Part shown: piece after piece, positions 40,487 through 49,692 of the stretch
Layout of the letters: each line of letters begins with the position of its first letter
Numbering within the stretch: the stretch's first letter is position 1
Assembly (NCBI GenBank): GCA_965205425.1
Contig: CBDBGZ010000009.1
Span: 1,088,001 to 1,152,000 of the forward strand
Source: Nitrosopumilus sp.
GTDB taxonomy: Archaea > Thermoproteota > Nitrososphaeria > Nitrososphaerales > Nitrosopumilaceae
Length of the DNA stretch: 64,000 nt
Direction of reading: 5' to 3'
Made by a program: the position numbers and the translations under genes
The notes under the pieces: model-generated
What the model saw: the letters and a program-made list of their open reading frames with translations, nothing else
Databases searched by the model: none
What the model was told of the DNA's origin: nothing

Positions 40487-41137
40487 TTAGTCCCACTTTG
40501 ACCAAGCGGCCATCCATCGGTATGTCCAAGTGTTCAATTTACAACCTAAAGCTGCAAATGTACATGCCAATACTGCACCTGCACCTGCACCGAGAGCAAC
40601 TGGGCTGTTATAGAATTTACCTACTTGCGGTTCGATTGGTGTCATATATGGTGGCAATGTTGGTCTTGGATATTTGAATGCCGTTTCTAGTGGGTCTGCT
40701 ACTGTTATCAGGTTTACCATGTTGAACAATGGTAATGACATTCCTACCAGTACGCCGCCAAACAGTATCAAGGAGTGCTTGTTCTTCTTTGTTGCCCAAT
40801 AGACCAAGTCCAACAGCATTGCTGAGGGTAGCCAAACTGGAGTTACAATGAAGTCATATGGATATCCGAGTGCAAACCATGCACCTTTTGCTATCCATGT
40901 GTATACTGTCATAATTAGAGCGTAGTACGTTGCTGTGCCTGGAACGCCTGTAAATGTAAGATAGTATGTAGCACCTACAATAAGCATCAACGTTTGCGAT
41001 ATTGAGAATACCGTGTACGAAGTCCAAGCCCAGTCAGTGTAGAAGATGTAGTCTCCTGCATTAATTGTTAACAGTGTTGAGTTAACTGCAACTACTACTA
41101 TGAATAAGTAGTGTGTACATCGTCTTAACCAGACCAT
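40487..41137 (-). CDS. amoA: Archaeal ammonia monooxygenase subunit A
   Basis: MVWLRRCTHYLF, AGDYIFYTDWAWTS, WMAAWSKWD. Confidence 0.99.
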   Translation of the reverse strand: MVWLRRCTHYLFIVVVAVNSTLLTINAGDYIFYTDWAWTSYTVFSISQTLMLIVGATYYLTFTGVPGTATYYALIMTVYTWIAKGAWFALGYPYDFIVTPVWLPSAMLLDLVYWATKKNKHSLILFGGVLVGMSLPLFNMVNLITVADPLETAFKYPRPTLPPYMTPIEPQVGKFYNSPVALGAGAGAVLACTFAALGCKLNTWTYRWMAAWSKWD

Positions 41138-41243
41138 ATGAAGGTGAAGAAACGGTCAGTATATAAAATTTTAGAGTGTGATGAAGATCGTTAATCTGAA
41201 CTAAAAAGGAAAATGAAAAAGAAGTGTCTGAAGGGGTTGCCTT

Positions 41244-41603
41244 CTAGTTACCAACGTACATTGATATGAATATAGTACCTGCTGTAACTGCAGCAATACT
41301 ACCTGCTACAATACCATTACTATTCTTGTTGGAACCTTCTTCCATGACTTTAACACAGAAGATGTAACCTATTGCCTCAATGATTGTTAATACGATGAAT
41401 GCAAAGTGACCACTTGGAGTTGGATATGCCCATGGATAATAAAAGTATCCTGCTGCAGTACCACCAAAGGTTGCAAGCCATGCTGCCCAGAATGAAACAG
41501 TTATCATTCCAGTCATGTTTTCAACGCGTCTACCAATCATTCGTTCTACGTCAGCGCTTGATGATCCGCCGCCGCCAGAACCGAATCCTTTAGGAAGAGT
41601 CAT
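41244..41603 (-). CDS. amoX: AMO subunit X
   Basis: 3-TM 119-aa protein between amoC and amoA; LPKGFG start. Confidence 0.85.
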   Translation of the reverse strand: MTLPKGFGSGGGGSSSADVERMIGRRVENMTGMITVSFWAAWLATFGGTAAGYFYYPWAYPTPSGHFAFIVLTIIEAIGYIFCVKVMEEGSNKNSNGIVAGSIAAVTAGTIFISMYVGN

Positions 41604-41718
41604 TATGGAATTATTCTAATTCAGAATCCTTTTAAGTCTTTCTTAAACTGCAGGACCTAGTACGATCTACGGCTTTAAGAAAAATAATAAAAATAAAAAA
41701 TGTGCTAATGCACTTTTT

Positions 41719-42282
41719 CTAAGGAATTGCTCTGCTGTACAATTTGCCTTCTAAGGCCATCTTGTACATCTCTGCAACGTATGGATTCTCTCCTGGAGTT
41801 TCTGCACCTAGTTCTACGAGTCGAGCATATACTCTAACTACGTATGCGAGTGCACCCATGAAAGCCACTACGACTCCCATGTTAAACATCCAGTGATTTG
41901 GAACTGCAAAGATTTCTTCTACAAACCAGAAATGCCACATCTCATTGACACCAATAGTAAACATGGTTGCAAGGTAACCTAGAATGGTCATCTTCAATCC
42001 AGTGTTCATTGAATTATTTGGGCCTCTAAGAACTGGAATTTTTCTATCATAGATTGCTGCTGCTCCCCATCCAAGTGGTAATGTGATGAAGTGGGAATAT
42101 AGCCACCAGTGAGCTGGTGTGAAAGCACTATCTCTGATAGAGGTTTGATGCAAAGAACCATCAACGAAGTTATCAACTTCGACTGATGCTGCAGTAGAAC
42201 CCATAGCAATAACGATGAGCCAGATTTTCTTTAGTCTCTGGATCTCAACTTCTTTTGGGATTAATGCGGGCATCTGTGCCAT
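41719..42282 (-). CDS. amoC: Archaeal ammonia monooxygenase subunit C
   Basis: MAQMPALIPKEVEIQRL, DGSLHQTSIRDSAFTPAH, NEMWHFWFVEEIF. Confidence 0.98.
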   Translation of the reverse strand: MAQMPALIPKEVEIQRLKKIWLIVIAMGSTAASVEVDNFVDGSLHQTSIRDSAFTPAHWWLYSHFITLPLGWGAAAIYDRKIPVLRGPNNSMNTGLKMTILGYLATMFTIGVNEMWHFWFVEEIFAVPNHWMFNMGVVVAFMGALAYVVRVYARLVELGAETPGENPYVAEMYKMALEGKLYSRAIP

Positions 42283-42535
42283 GTATATCATCATGTGAAT
42301 TCGGAATATAAAGTAAGAGTTTCAGATTAGATGTATTTTATCCAAAAAATTATAATAATATAGAAATAAAACCAAAATATTACATATTAATATGCTTAAA
42401 ATAATTTAAATTTGGTTATTTTTTCATCAATTTTAATGTTATACATCAATGATAAACATTGAACATAGTATCGATCCTCGCTGTTAAGGTAAAACATATA
42501 ACGACGTGTTTTGTTTCCTGACTTTAGGGATAACT

Positions 42536-43105
42536 ATGGTCGAAAAAAGAATTTTCGTATTTGGACTAGCTGTCGTACTCGCACTAGGAACTTTAGGTTT
42601 CAACTGGGTTGAATCCGTACTTCCAACTGCAGAGGCACACGGTGTCCAAGCACAACTCCAGAGTCGTTTCATCAGAATTGAGGATGAAACCTTCAACAGA
42701 CAATCCCTACAAACTGGCGAAACCTTGACACTTCAAGGAACTTTAGTTAGTTTAGTAGAAAGAGACCTTAGAGGATGGCTATCCATTTTCTCAGAGTCAA
42801 CCAACGCAGGTAACAGATGGGAGATGTTGGCAAGAGACCCACCAGGAAACGTCTTTGACATTCCAGGTAACGCTGTAGTCGATTACTCACTATCTGCCAA
42901 AGCACTTGAAGCAGGTGTATACCACGTACACACCCAACTCAACGTAGCAAAAGTTGGTCCAGGACTCGGTCCAGGTCAAACAGTAGTAGTTGAAGGCGAA
43001 CCAATTATCAAACCAATCCCATATACTAACATCGCATATCAATCAATTATTATCGGTGTAGGATATGTCATTACGTTTGCAACACGACCCTGGCAAGTAA
43101 TCTAA
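42536..43105 (+). CDS. amoB: Archaeal ammonia monooxygenase subunit B
   Basis: Signal peptide then AHGVQAQ; YHVHTQ Cu ligands; TRPWQVI. Confidence 0.98.
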   Translation: MVEKRIFVFGLAVVLALGTLGFNWVESVLPTAEAHGVQAQLQSRFIRIEDETFNRQSLQTGETLTLQGTLVSLVERDLRGWLSIFSESTNAGNRWEMLARDPPGNVFDIPGNAVVDYSLSAKALEAGVYHVHTQLNVAKVGPGLGPGQTVVVEGEPIIKPIPYTNIAYQSIIIGVGYVITFATRPWQVI

Positions 43106-43114
43106 ACAAACCCA

Positions 43115-43130
43115 CTTTTCCTTTTCATTT
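43115..43130 (+). terminator. Pyrimidine/oligo-T tract after amoB
   Basis: CTTTTCCTTTTCATTT. Confidence 0.55.
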
Positions 43131-43198
43131 ATTAGATTCTTCTTTACGGTTTCCGTAAGACAGCCAAGTTTTATCTTCTAGAAAACAATAATGAAAAT

Positions 43199-43513
43199 GT
43201 GCTAAGTTTCAAGATAACAAAATTAGATATTTTTCAAAGTTATTTTTTTGGAGAAACTGAATTTCGTTCTGACAAATACAAAGTGAATATACAAAATCAA
43301 AGAAGAGGAAAAGTTCTGAAGTTACCTTTTGAGATAAAACCAAAAAGTGAAAAAATTGTTGTGAGAGTATCGGGAGAAGGAGGTTTATTCATGGAAGACT
43401 ATCTACCTTACAAAGGAGAATCAGAATGGCTTGAAATTGATTCTGATGAAATAACATATTTTCTTGCAGACCATCAAGACCAATGCGATACCATTGAAAT
43501 TATGTATGAATAA
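43199..43513 (+). CDS. Hypothetical protein
   Basis: 104-aa ORF after amoB. Confidence 0.7.
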   Translation: MLSFKITKLDIFQSYFFGETEFRSDKYKVNIQNQRRGKVLKLPFEIKPKSEKIVVRVSGEGGLFMEDYLPYKGESEWLEIDSDEITYFLADHQDQCDTIEIMYE

Positions 43514-43551
43514 GAGAAAGGACTTTAAGGAATCTGGTCAAAGTCATCACG

Positions 43552-44085
43552 ATGAAATATCCTGGAATGGGGGATCCATACAAGAAAAAGAAAACTATTA
43601 GATTTCTCATCATATCTGCAATCATTGCAGTATCAATAGGATTAGGTAGTACCGTCATTCAAAGTCAATTAAATCAAGACAATCCACTCAAAGTCTGTAT
43701 TGATGATAGAGAAACCCCATACAAAATGAAGGTCAGTTTGGAATTAATCATAGATGGTCTTCCAACAGAAATTCCTGCAAACATTAACGCCGGATTAAAT
43801 GATGGAGAATGTAAAAGGACCATGTATACTTTGACTGATGATGGAACCATCTATGTTGAATGGGAAGAGGATTATCCATGGGAAATTGGTCACTTTTTGT
43901 GGATGTGGGAATTTCCTTTACGAGATATGGATCAGGACAAATCAACATTCTATGTAAATGATAAAGAGTCATCAAAATTCATCAATACTCCATTACAAGA
44001 TGGATATCACTACAAGGGAGTATTTACTACAAAGGATTATGATTCATCCAAAGACAAAGACTTCCTACCAGAACTAGAAAATTAG
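43552..44085 (+). CDS. Membrane-anchored hypothetical protein
   Basis: N-terminal TM; IPANI..C...YT..DGTIYVE. Confidence 0.75.
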   Translation: MKYPGMGDPYKKKKTIRFLIISAIIAVSIGLGSTVIQSQLNQDNPLKVCIDDRETPYKMKVSLELIIDGLPTEIPANINAGLNDGECKRTMYTLTDDGTIYVEWEEDYPWEIGHFLWMWEFPLRDMDQDKSTFYVNDKESSKFINTPLQDGYHYKGVFTTKDYDSSKDKDFLPELEN

Positions 44086-44189
44086 TATTGTGGACTTTGT
44101 AAAAATTTCTAATAATTAGAACTTTATAAAAATGGCATAGTTTTCACTGAAGGATATTAAAAATAATGAAAAGATGAAAGTTGGTAATT

Positions 44190-44459
44190 TTACCAGTATT
44201 TACCGTTGTCTGGAATAAGACCGATACCTTCTCTTTCAAAGTGTCTGTCTAATTCATCAACCCATCTTTCACGGTTGTCTTTGTAAGCCCAGCCGTGTAC
44301 ACGTAACCAGAATGAGATAATTCCAAGAAGGAATATTGTGAACATAATGGTTCCGAAGATGTAAATCATTACATCGTAAAATAATGGATCATAGTTTGGT
44401 CCTAGTTGTCCTGTAATTGAAGACAGGATGCTTAGGAAAGTACCTACGATAGGAATCAT
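44190..44459 (-). CDS. Probable AMO accessory subunit AmoY
   Basis: 89-aa TM protein with amo-like codon usage between amoB and rps15; name recalled from synteny, not verified. Confidence 0.55.
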   Translation of the reverse strand: MIPIVGTFLSILSSITGQLGPNYDPLFYDVMIYIFGTIMFTIFLLGIISFWLRVHGWAYKDNRERWVDELDRHFEREGIGLIPDNGKYW

Positions 44460-44601
44460 AATAATTTGGCTCTATTTGTGCGATATATACATTTCTTTTA
44501 TTATCATAAAATACGAGATCAGTATTACACTAGAAGAGAGAAATTTTATCTTTAGTATCCACTAAGAATAGATAATAAAATAAGAGAAAATTGAGGTTTG
44601 T

Positions 44602-44934
44602 TTATCCTCTTCCCATTGCTGCGTATTTGCCTGATCTTCCTCTAATGAAGAAGGCTCCTGCAATACCACCGAACACTGCACCTGCAATAACGGCTGCACC
44701 AACTACACCACCTGCATCAAGATATGGAGTTCCTGAACCAGAAGATGGATTTGCTTCAGCTGCTGCGATTCTTCTTGTTTGAATCTCAAGTATTTCTTCT
44801 AATGTGTATGATCCGGTTTGACCTTCGCTACCGATATTACCCATGTATTGTGCGAATGCTACTGCTGAACTTGCAGACATTCCGATAGTGAAGACAGCGA
44901 TTAAGGATGCTGTTAATAGTATTGTTGTATTCAT
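44602..44934 (-). CDS. Probable AMO accessory subunit AmoZ
   Basis: Signal peptide + C-terminal TM; amo-like codon usage; name recalled from synteny, not verified. Confidence 0.55.
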   Translation of the reverse strand: MNTTILLTASLIAVFTIGMSASSAVAFAQYMGNIGSEGQTGSYTLEEILEIQTRRIAAAEANPSSGSGTPYLDAGGVVGAAVIAGAVFGGIAGAFFIRGRSGKYAAMGRG

Positions 44935-45058
44935 ACCGTTTACCTGCTTGTTTTGGGGCCAGAGACTTATTTAACTTTTATTCTGAACCCCAAATTCGGG
45001 TATAATGTACGAGATCAGTATAAGTAACGTTTAATTCTGTTCTATAATGAGCCAAATC

Positions 45059-45508
45059 ATGGGACGAATGCACACACACAGACATGGAAAATCACATTCT
45101 ATTAGACCAGCTACACTTCGTGCACCTTCATGGATTACTCAAAGTCCTGCAGAAATTGAAGAATTAGTAATTAAATACACTAAAGATGGTTTGACCCCTA
45201 GTCAAATCGGAATTAAATTAAGAGATCAACATTCAATTCCTCTAATCAAACCAATTACCAAAAAAAGTATGGGACAGATTCTAGAAGAGAATGATTTGAA
45301 AGCAGAGATGCCAGAAGATCTTGAAAACATTGTTAGAAAAGCAGTGGGTCTTCAAAAACACCTCAAAGCAAACAAAGGAGACAATAGAAATGTCAGATCT
45401 TTGGAATTAATTGAAGCCAAAGTTCACAGACTATCAGTCTATTACAAAAGAATTGGAAGAATTTCCAAAACATGGAAGTATAAATCCGTGGTTGCTCAAT
45501 TAGAGTAA
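45059..45508 (+). CDS. rps15: 30S ribosomal protein S15/S13e
   Basis: MGRMH...GKSHS, PSQIGIKLRD, PEDL, LIEAKVHRL. Confidence 0.96.
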   Translation: MGRMHTHRHGKSHSIRPATLRAPSWITQSPAEIEELVIKYTKDGLTPSQIGIKLRDQHSIPLIKPITKKSMGQILEENDLKAEMPEDLENIVRKAVGLQKHLKANKGDNRNVRSLELIEAKVHRLSVYYKRIGRISKTWKYKSVVAQLE

Positions 45509-46929
45509 TGACAAATTCACTTGATGAATCACTTTCATTTTTCAAAGATAAAATTTCAGATTGTATAAAATCAAAAAAATCAATTTCAGTAACAACCCAT
45601 ATTGATTGTGATGGACTCACATCTGGGAGTATAGTCACTAAAGCTCTAATTAGAGCAGGATCTAATTGTACAGTTAGAACATCAAAAGAATTTAGCAAAA
45701 ATGTTCTAGAGTCATTCAAAACAGATTCTCGAGACTTTCACATAGTTACAGATTTGGGAGGAGGCTTTGCAAGTGAATTAGACAAAACACTTGGAGATAA
45801 TTGGATAGTTTTAGATCATCATCAAATATCAGATGAAGAAAAAGATAATCAAAATGTCATAAATTCATGGAAATATGGAATTGATGGAGGAGCAGATATT
45901 TGTGCAGGAGGAATGGCATATCTAGCCTCAGTAGCCTTAGATGAAAGAAATTCAGATTTATCAGCAATTGCAGTTGTTTCAGCATTAGGAGATAGGCAAG
46001 ATCAAGGAGAAAGAAAGTCATTTACTGGTAAAAATTTTGAAATTGCCAATATTGCAAAAGAGCAAGGTTTAGTCGATATTGATTTAGATTTGTTATTGGC
46101 AGGGAGAGAAACAAGACCACTTGCAGATGCCTTGGCATTTACCTCACAGCCATTTATCGAGGGATTAACTTGGAATAGAGATGCATGTTTTTCAATCCTA
46201 AATTCCTCAGGAGTCAATCTAAAAGAAGAAGGTAGATGGAGAGTTCCAGCTGAATTGAATGAAGATGAAAAAAGACAAGTGATTAAAGCAATTACAAAAT
46301 TTGCTTCTGGTAAAAATGCGACTGAAATTATGACAGAACTGATTGGGTATACCTATACATTTCCACAAGAAGATAATCGAAGTTTCTTACGCGATGGAAG
46401 AGAATTTTCAACCATGCTAAATTCATGTGGAAGAATTAATCGTTCAGGTGTAGGGATGGCAGTATGTATGGGAGATAGAAATAAAATTCTAAGAGAAGCT
46501 GAAACTATTCTAACAAATTATAGAAAAATGATTAGAGAATATATGAATATTTTATCTAATGAAAGATGGAGAATTTCAGAAAGTGATACATGTGTCATGG
46601 TAAACGGTGAAGACATAGTTCCAGAAACCATGACAGGTACAATTTCATCACTTATCGCAGGTTCTCCTAAAAATTCAGGAAAAATTGTGATCTTGAGAAC
46701 AAAGGCTGAAGAAAATACAATAAAATTCTCATCTAGGAAATCATTTGGGTGTACATCTGACATTAATCTGAGTGAAATAATGAGAACAGGCGCCGAAAAA
46801 TTTGATGGTATTGGAGGAGGTCATAATGCAGCAGCAGGAGCAAAAATAACTAAAGACAAATTGGATGAATTTCTCAAATATTTGGAAGTAAATGTCGTTA
46901 ACGTGTCAAGTTCAAGTAATTCTCAATAA
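45508..46929 (+). CDS. RecJ/Cdc45-like DHH family protein
   Basis: HIDCDG, TDLG, LDHH, GGGHNAAAGA. Confidence 0.9.
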   Translation: MTNSLDESLSFFKDKISDCIKSKKSISVTTHIDCDGLTSGSIVTKALIRAGSNCTVRTSKEFSKNVLESFKTDSRDFHIVTDLGGGFASELDKTLGDNWIVLDHHQISDEEKDNQNVINSWKYGIDGGADICAGGMAYLASVALDERNSDLSAIAVVSALGDRQDQGERKSFTGKNFEIANIAKEQGLVDIDLDLLLAGRETRPLADALAFTSQPFIEGLTWNRDACFSILNSSGVNLKEEGRWRVPAELNEDEKRQVIKAITKFASGKNATEIMTELIGYTYTFPQEDNRSFLRDGREFSTMLNSCGRINRSGVGMAVCMGDRNKILREAETILTNYRKMIREYMNILSNERWRISESDTCVMVNGEDIVPETMTGTISSLIAGSPKNSGKIVILRTKAEENTIKFSSRKSFGCTSDINLSEIMRTGAEKFDGIGGGHNAAAGAKITKDKLDEFLKYLEVNVVNVSSSSNSQ

Positions 46930-47134
46930 CATATCTAAAGAAAAAGCCGAAACGGTGAAAAAAGCCTTAGAACCAGACAATGTAGATTTTCCAGAAGGAT
47001 TGAGTCTTTATGTTGAAAATATTGATAACAAACTAGTTTTTAATTTTGAAAGTAAAAAGAATATGAAGCAGCTTACCAGTACAGTTGATGAAGTTATGGA
47101 GCATATCCAAGTTGCATTAAAGGTGATAGAATAA
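46892..47134 (+). CDS. KEOPS subunit Pcc1-like
   Basis: ALEPDN, L.STVDE; position after DHH gene. Confidence 0.75.
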   Translation: MSLTCQVQVILNNISKEKAETVKKALEPDNVDFPEGLSLYVENIDNKLVFNFESKKNMKQLTSTVDEVMEHIQVALKVIE

Positions 47135-48399
47135 TGTTAGATCCAAAAATTGTAAAAGAAAAATCTCAAGTAATTCGAGATATGCTCAAAGCTAGATCAG
47201 TAGATTTTGATTTGGATGCATTAATTGAATCAGATCAAAAAAGACGAGAATTTATCCTCAAAACAGACGAATTACGAAAAAAGAAAAACCAAGTTGCATT
47301 AGAAATTTCACAGAAAAAAAAGGCAGGAGAAGATACTTCATCAATTTTGTCAGAAATGAAAAATGTGTCAGCTGATCTTGCAAAATTAGAATCAGAACAA
47401 GAATCTATTGAAAATACTTATTCTAAATTAGCATTAACTATTCCAAATCTTATTCATGAATCAGTTCCTACAGGTACTGATGAAAGCGCCAATCAAGAAG
47501 TTCGGAAATGGGGAAATATTCCAACTTTTGATTTCAAAATTAATGATCATATTGATATTTCAGAAAATTTAGATTTAGTAGATCTTGAAAGAGCTGCAAA
47601 AGTTGCTGGTGCTAGATTTTATTATTTGAAAAATGATCTTGTAAGATTAAATCAATCACTAATTCATTATGGATTAGATTTCCTGGCAAAAAAAGAATAT
47701 TCTTTGGTTCAACCTCCTTACATGATTAATAGAGAATCAATGGAGGGGGCAGTTATTGCGGATGACTTTGAAGAAGTCATCTACAAAGTAGAAGAAGAAG
47801 ATCTGTACATGATTGGAACATCTGAACATGCCATGGCTGCAATGAGGGCAAAAGAAATTCTTGAAGGGAAAGATTTGCCTTTAAGATATGCAGGTGTTAG
47901 TCCTTGTTTTAGAAAAGAAGCAGGTGCACATGGAAGAGATCAGAAGGGAATTTTTAGAGTTCATCAATTTGATAAAATTGAACAATTTGTATTTTCAAGA
48001 CCTGAAGATTCTTGGAAGGAACATGAGAAAATGCTAGCAGTTGCTGAAGAATTTTATCAAAACTTGGAAATCCCACATAGAGTAATGTTGTTATCATCTG
48101 GAGACATGGGGAAGGTTTCAGTAAAAACATATGACATTGAGGCTTGGATGGCAGGACAGAATGCATATAGAGAAATTGTTTCATGTTCAAATTGTTTAGA
48201 TTATCAAGCAAGACGTTTGAAGATTAGATTTAGAGATAAAACAAATGAAGACACACAATATGTTCATACACTAAATAGTACTTTGATAGCCACAACCAGA
48301 ATCATGGTTTCCATTATGGAGAACTTCCAAACTAAAGATGGACACATTAGAATTCCTAGTGTTTTACAGAGTTACATGGGAAATCAAAAAGAGATTTAG
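47134..48399 (+). CDS. serS: Serine--tRNA ligase
   Basis: GTSEH, FRKEAG, FRVHQFDKIE, EIVSCSNC.DYQARR. Confidence 0.97.
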   Translation: MLDPKIVKEKSQVIRDMLKARSVDFDLDALIESDQKRREFILKTDELRKKKNQVALEISQKKKAGEDTSSILSEMKNVSADLAKLESEQESIENTYSKLALTIPNLIHESVPTGTDESANQEVRKWGNIPTFDFKINDHIDISENLDLVDLERAAKVAGARFYYLKNDLVRLNQSLIHYGLDFLAKKEYSLVQPPYMINRESMEGAVIADDFEEVIYKVEEEDLYMIGTSEHAMAAMRAKEILEGKDLPLRYAGVSPCFRKEAGAHGRDQKGIFRVHQFDKIEQFVFSRPEDSWKEHEKMLAVAEEFYQNLEIPHRVMLLSSGDMGKVSVKTYDIEAWMAGQNAYREIVSCSNCLDYQARRLKIRFRDKTNEDTQYVHTLNSTLIATTRIMVSIMENFQTKDGHIRIPSVLQSYMGNQKEI

Positions 48400-48439
48400 T
48401 GACATACCCTTATATTTTGGCTTCAAAGGTCGTTAATAA

Positions 48440-49051
48440 TTGGCACGTAGAAAAGGTCGAGTAAAGGACAAGTGGCGAGAAAAACGCTGGGTTACAGTAT
48501 ATGCACCAGATTCATTTAACAACGTACCAATTGCATATGTTCCAATCACTGATGATGAAAACGCAGTAGGTAGAGTTTTAGAAGTTACATTGTATGATAT
48601 TCTAAAAGGAGATCCTTCACAACATCAATACAAAATCTATTTTCAAATTCATAAGATTGAAGGTGATAAAGCAACAACAATTTTCAAGAGATATGAGTAT
48701 TCAAAAGAGTTTTTGCGTAGTTTAGTTAGACGTGGCTCATCAAAAATTAATTTCAGTATTGATATCAAAACTAAAGACGGTTATATCTTCAGAATTAAAT
48801 TATTAGCTCTAACACATAGACAACTTAACACATCTAGACAACATGCCCTTAGATTAATTGCTCAAGAAGTGATTAACAAAACAATTCCAGAAATGACAAT
48901 TGATCAATTTGTTCAAGCAACATGTTACAGTAAAATTAATTCAGATATCATGGCAGCATTCAAGAGAGTAATCAGAGTAAGACATGTAGGTCTAGAAAAA
49001 GTAAAACTCATCAGAACTGCAGACAAAGAAACAAAATTACTAGAAGCATAA
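48440..49051 (+). CDS. rps3ae: 30S ribosomal protein S3Ae
   Basis: KDKWREKRW...AP..F, GRVLEVTL.D, LRSLVRR. Confidence 0.95.
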   Translation: MARRKGRVKDKWREKRWVTVYAPDSFNNVPIAYVPITDDENAVGRVLEVTLYDILKGDPSQHQYKIYFQIHKIEGDKATTIFKRYEYSKEFLRSLVRRGSSKINFSIDIKTKDGYIFRIKLLALTHRQLNTSRQHALRLIAQEVINKTIPEMTIDQFVQATCYSKINSDIMAAFKRVIRVRHVGLEKVKLIRTADKETKLLEA

Positions 49052-49077
49052 CTGTCTAGAATTATTCTTCAATAATC

Positions 49078-49506
49078 ATGGTTCATAAGATTGAAATCAC
49101 AATTGATGTAATTGTTCATGCAACAGAAGATAATTCAAAAATTTTTCAATCGTTTGAAGATATTATGGATATCAAAGAAGATGAATTTACAATTGATGAA
49201 ACAGAAGGTCATTATGAAAATCCAATAATAATGTTAAATGCAAAAATTGTAAAAAAACAGGCTCAAAATTTAATGAATAAACTCCTTGAAACATTACCTG
49301 AAAAGCAAATAAAAGAATTGATTGAAGAGGTTGAAGAAAGAACAATAGATTCAAAATTTCACATGAGATTAGACAAACAAGAATTAATCAAGGGAAATCT
49401 AGTAAGTAATGAAAAAGGCACTATAAAATTAAAAATACACACACCGATTTACAACAAAAAAGATACTATCAAAATATTTTCTGAGATTTTTCAAATTGTC
49501 AACTAG
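49078..49506 (+). CDS. Predicted RNA-binding protein (DUF54-like)
   Basis: VHATED, EGHYENPI, MRLDKQ. Confidence 0.82.
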   Translation: MVHKIEITIDVIVHATEDNSKIFQSFEDIMDIKEDEFTIDETEGHYENPIIMLNAKIVKKQAQNLMNKLLETLPEKQIKELIEEVEERTIDSKFHMRLDKQELIKGNLVSNEKGTIKLKIHTPIYNKKDTIKIFSEIFQIVN

Positions 49507-49536
49507 ATTAAATAGGAATAAAACAACTATCCAATT

Positions 49537-49606
49537 TGGGAATGAGGAAATAACAGCCGCTCCAGTCTGAGCGAAAGCCTTGAAGACGCCGCGACGAACC
49601 GACCCA
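49537..49606 (+). ncRNA. Box C/D methylation-guide sRNA
   Basis: TGGG/CCCA terminal stem; C ATGAGGA 49542-48, D' CTGA 49567-70, C' TTGAAGA 49580-86, D CCGA 49599-602. Confidence 0.8.
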
Positions 49607-49692
49607 TATTATCGATCAACCATTTTCACACATTGATTTTGTAGACTATTTCATGGTATTATTTTAAATACGGATAGACAAAACTCAATATC

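Noticed and set aside
42506..42535. Longer amoB start (also the longer starts of amoC, pheT, rps15)
   Set aside because: Downstream ATGs match the recognisable N-termini.
49543..49620. GAGGAAA as start of RNase P RNA
   Set aside because: No GTCC/CTCC continuation or P4 partner, gap too short, and box C/D layout explains it.
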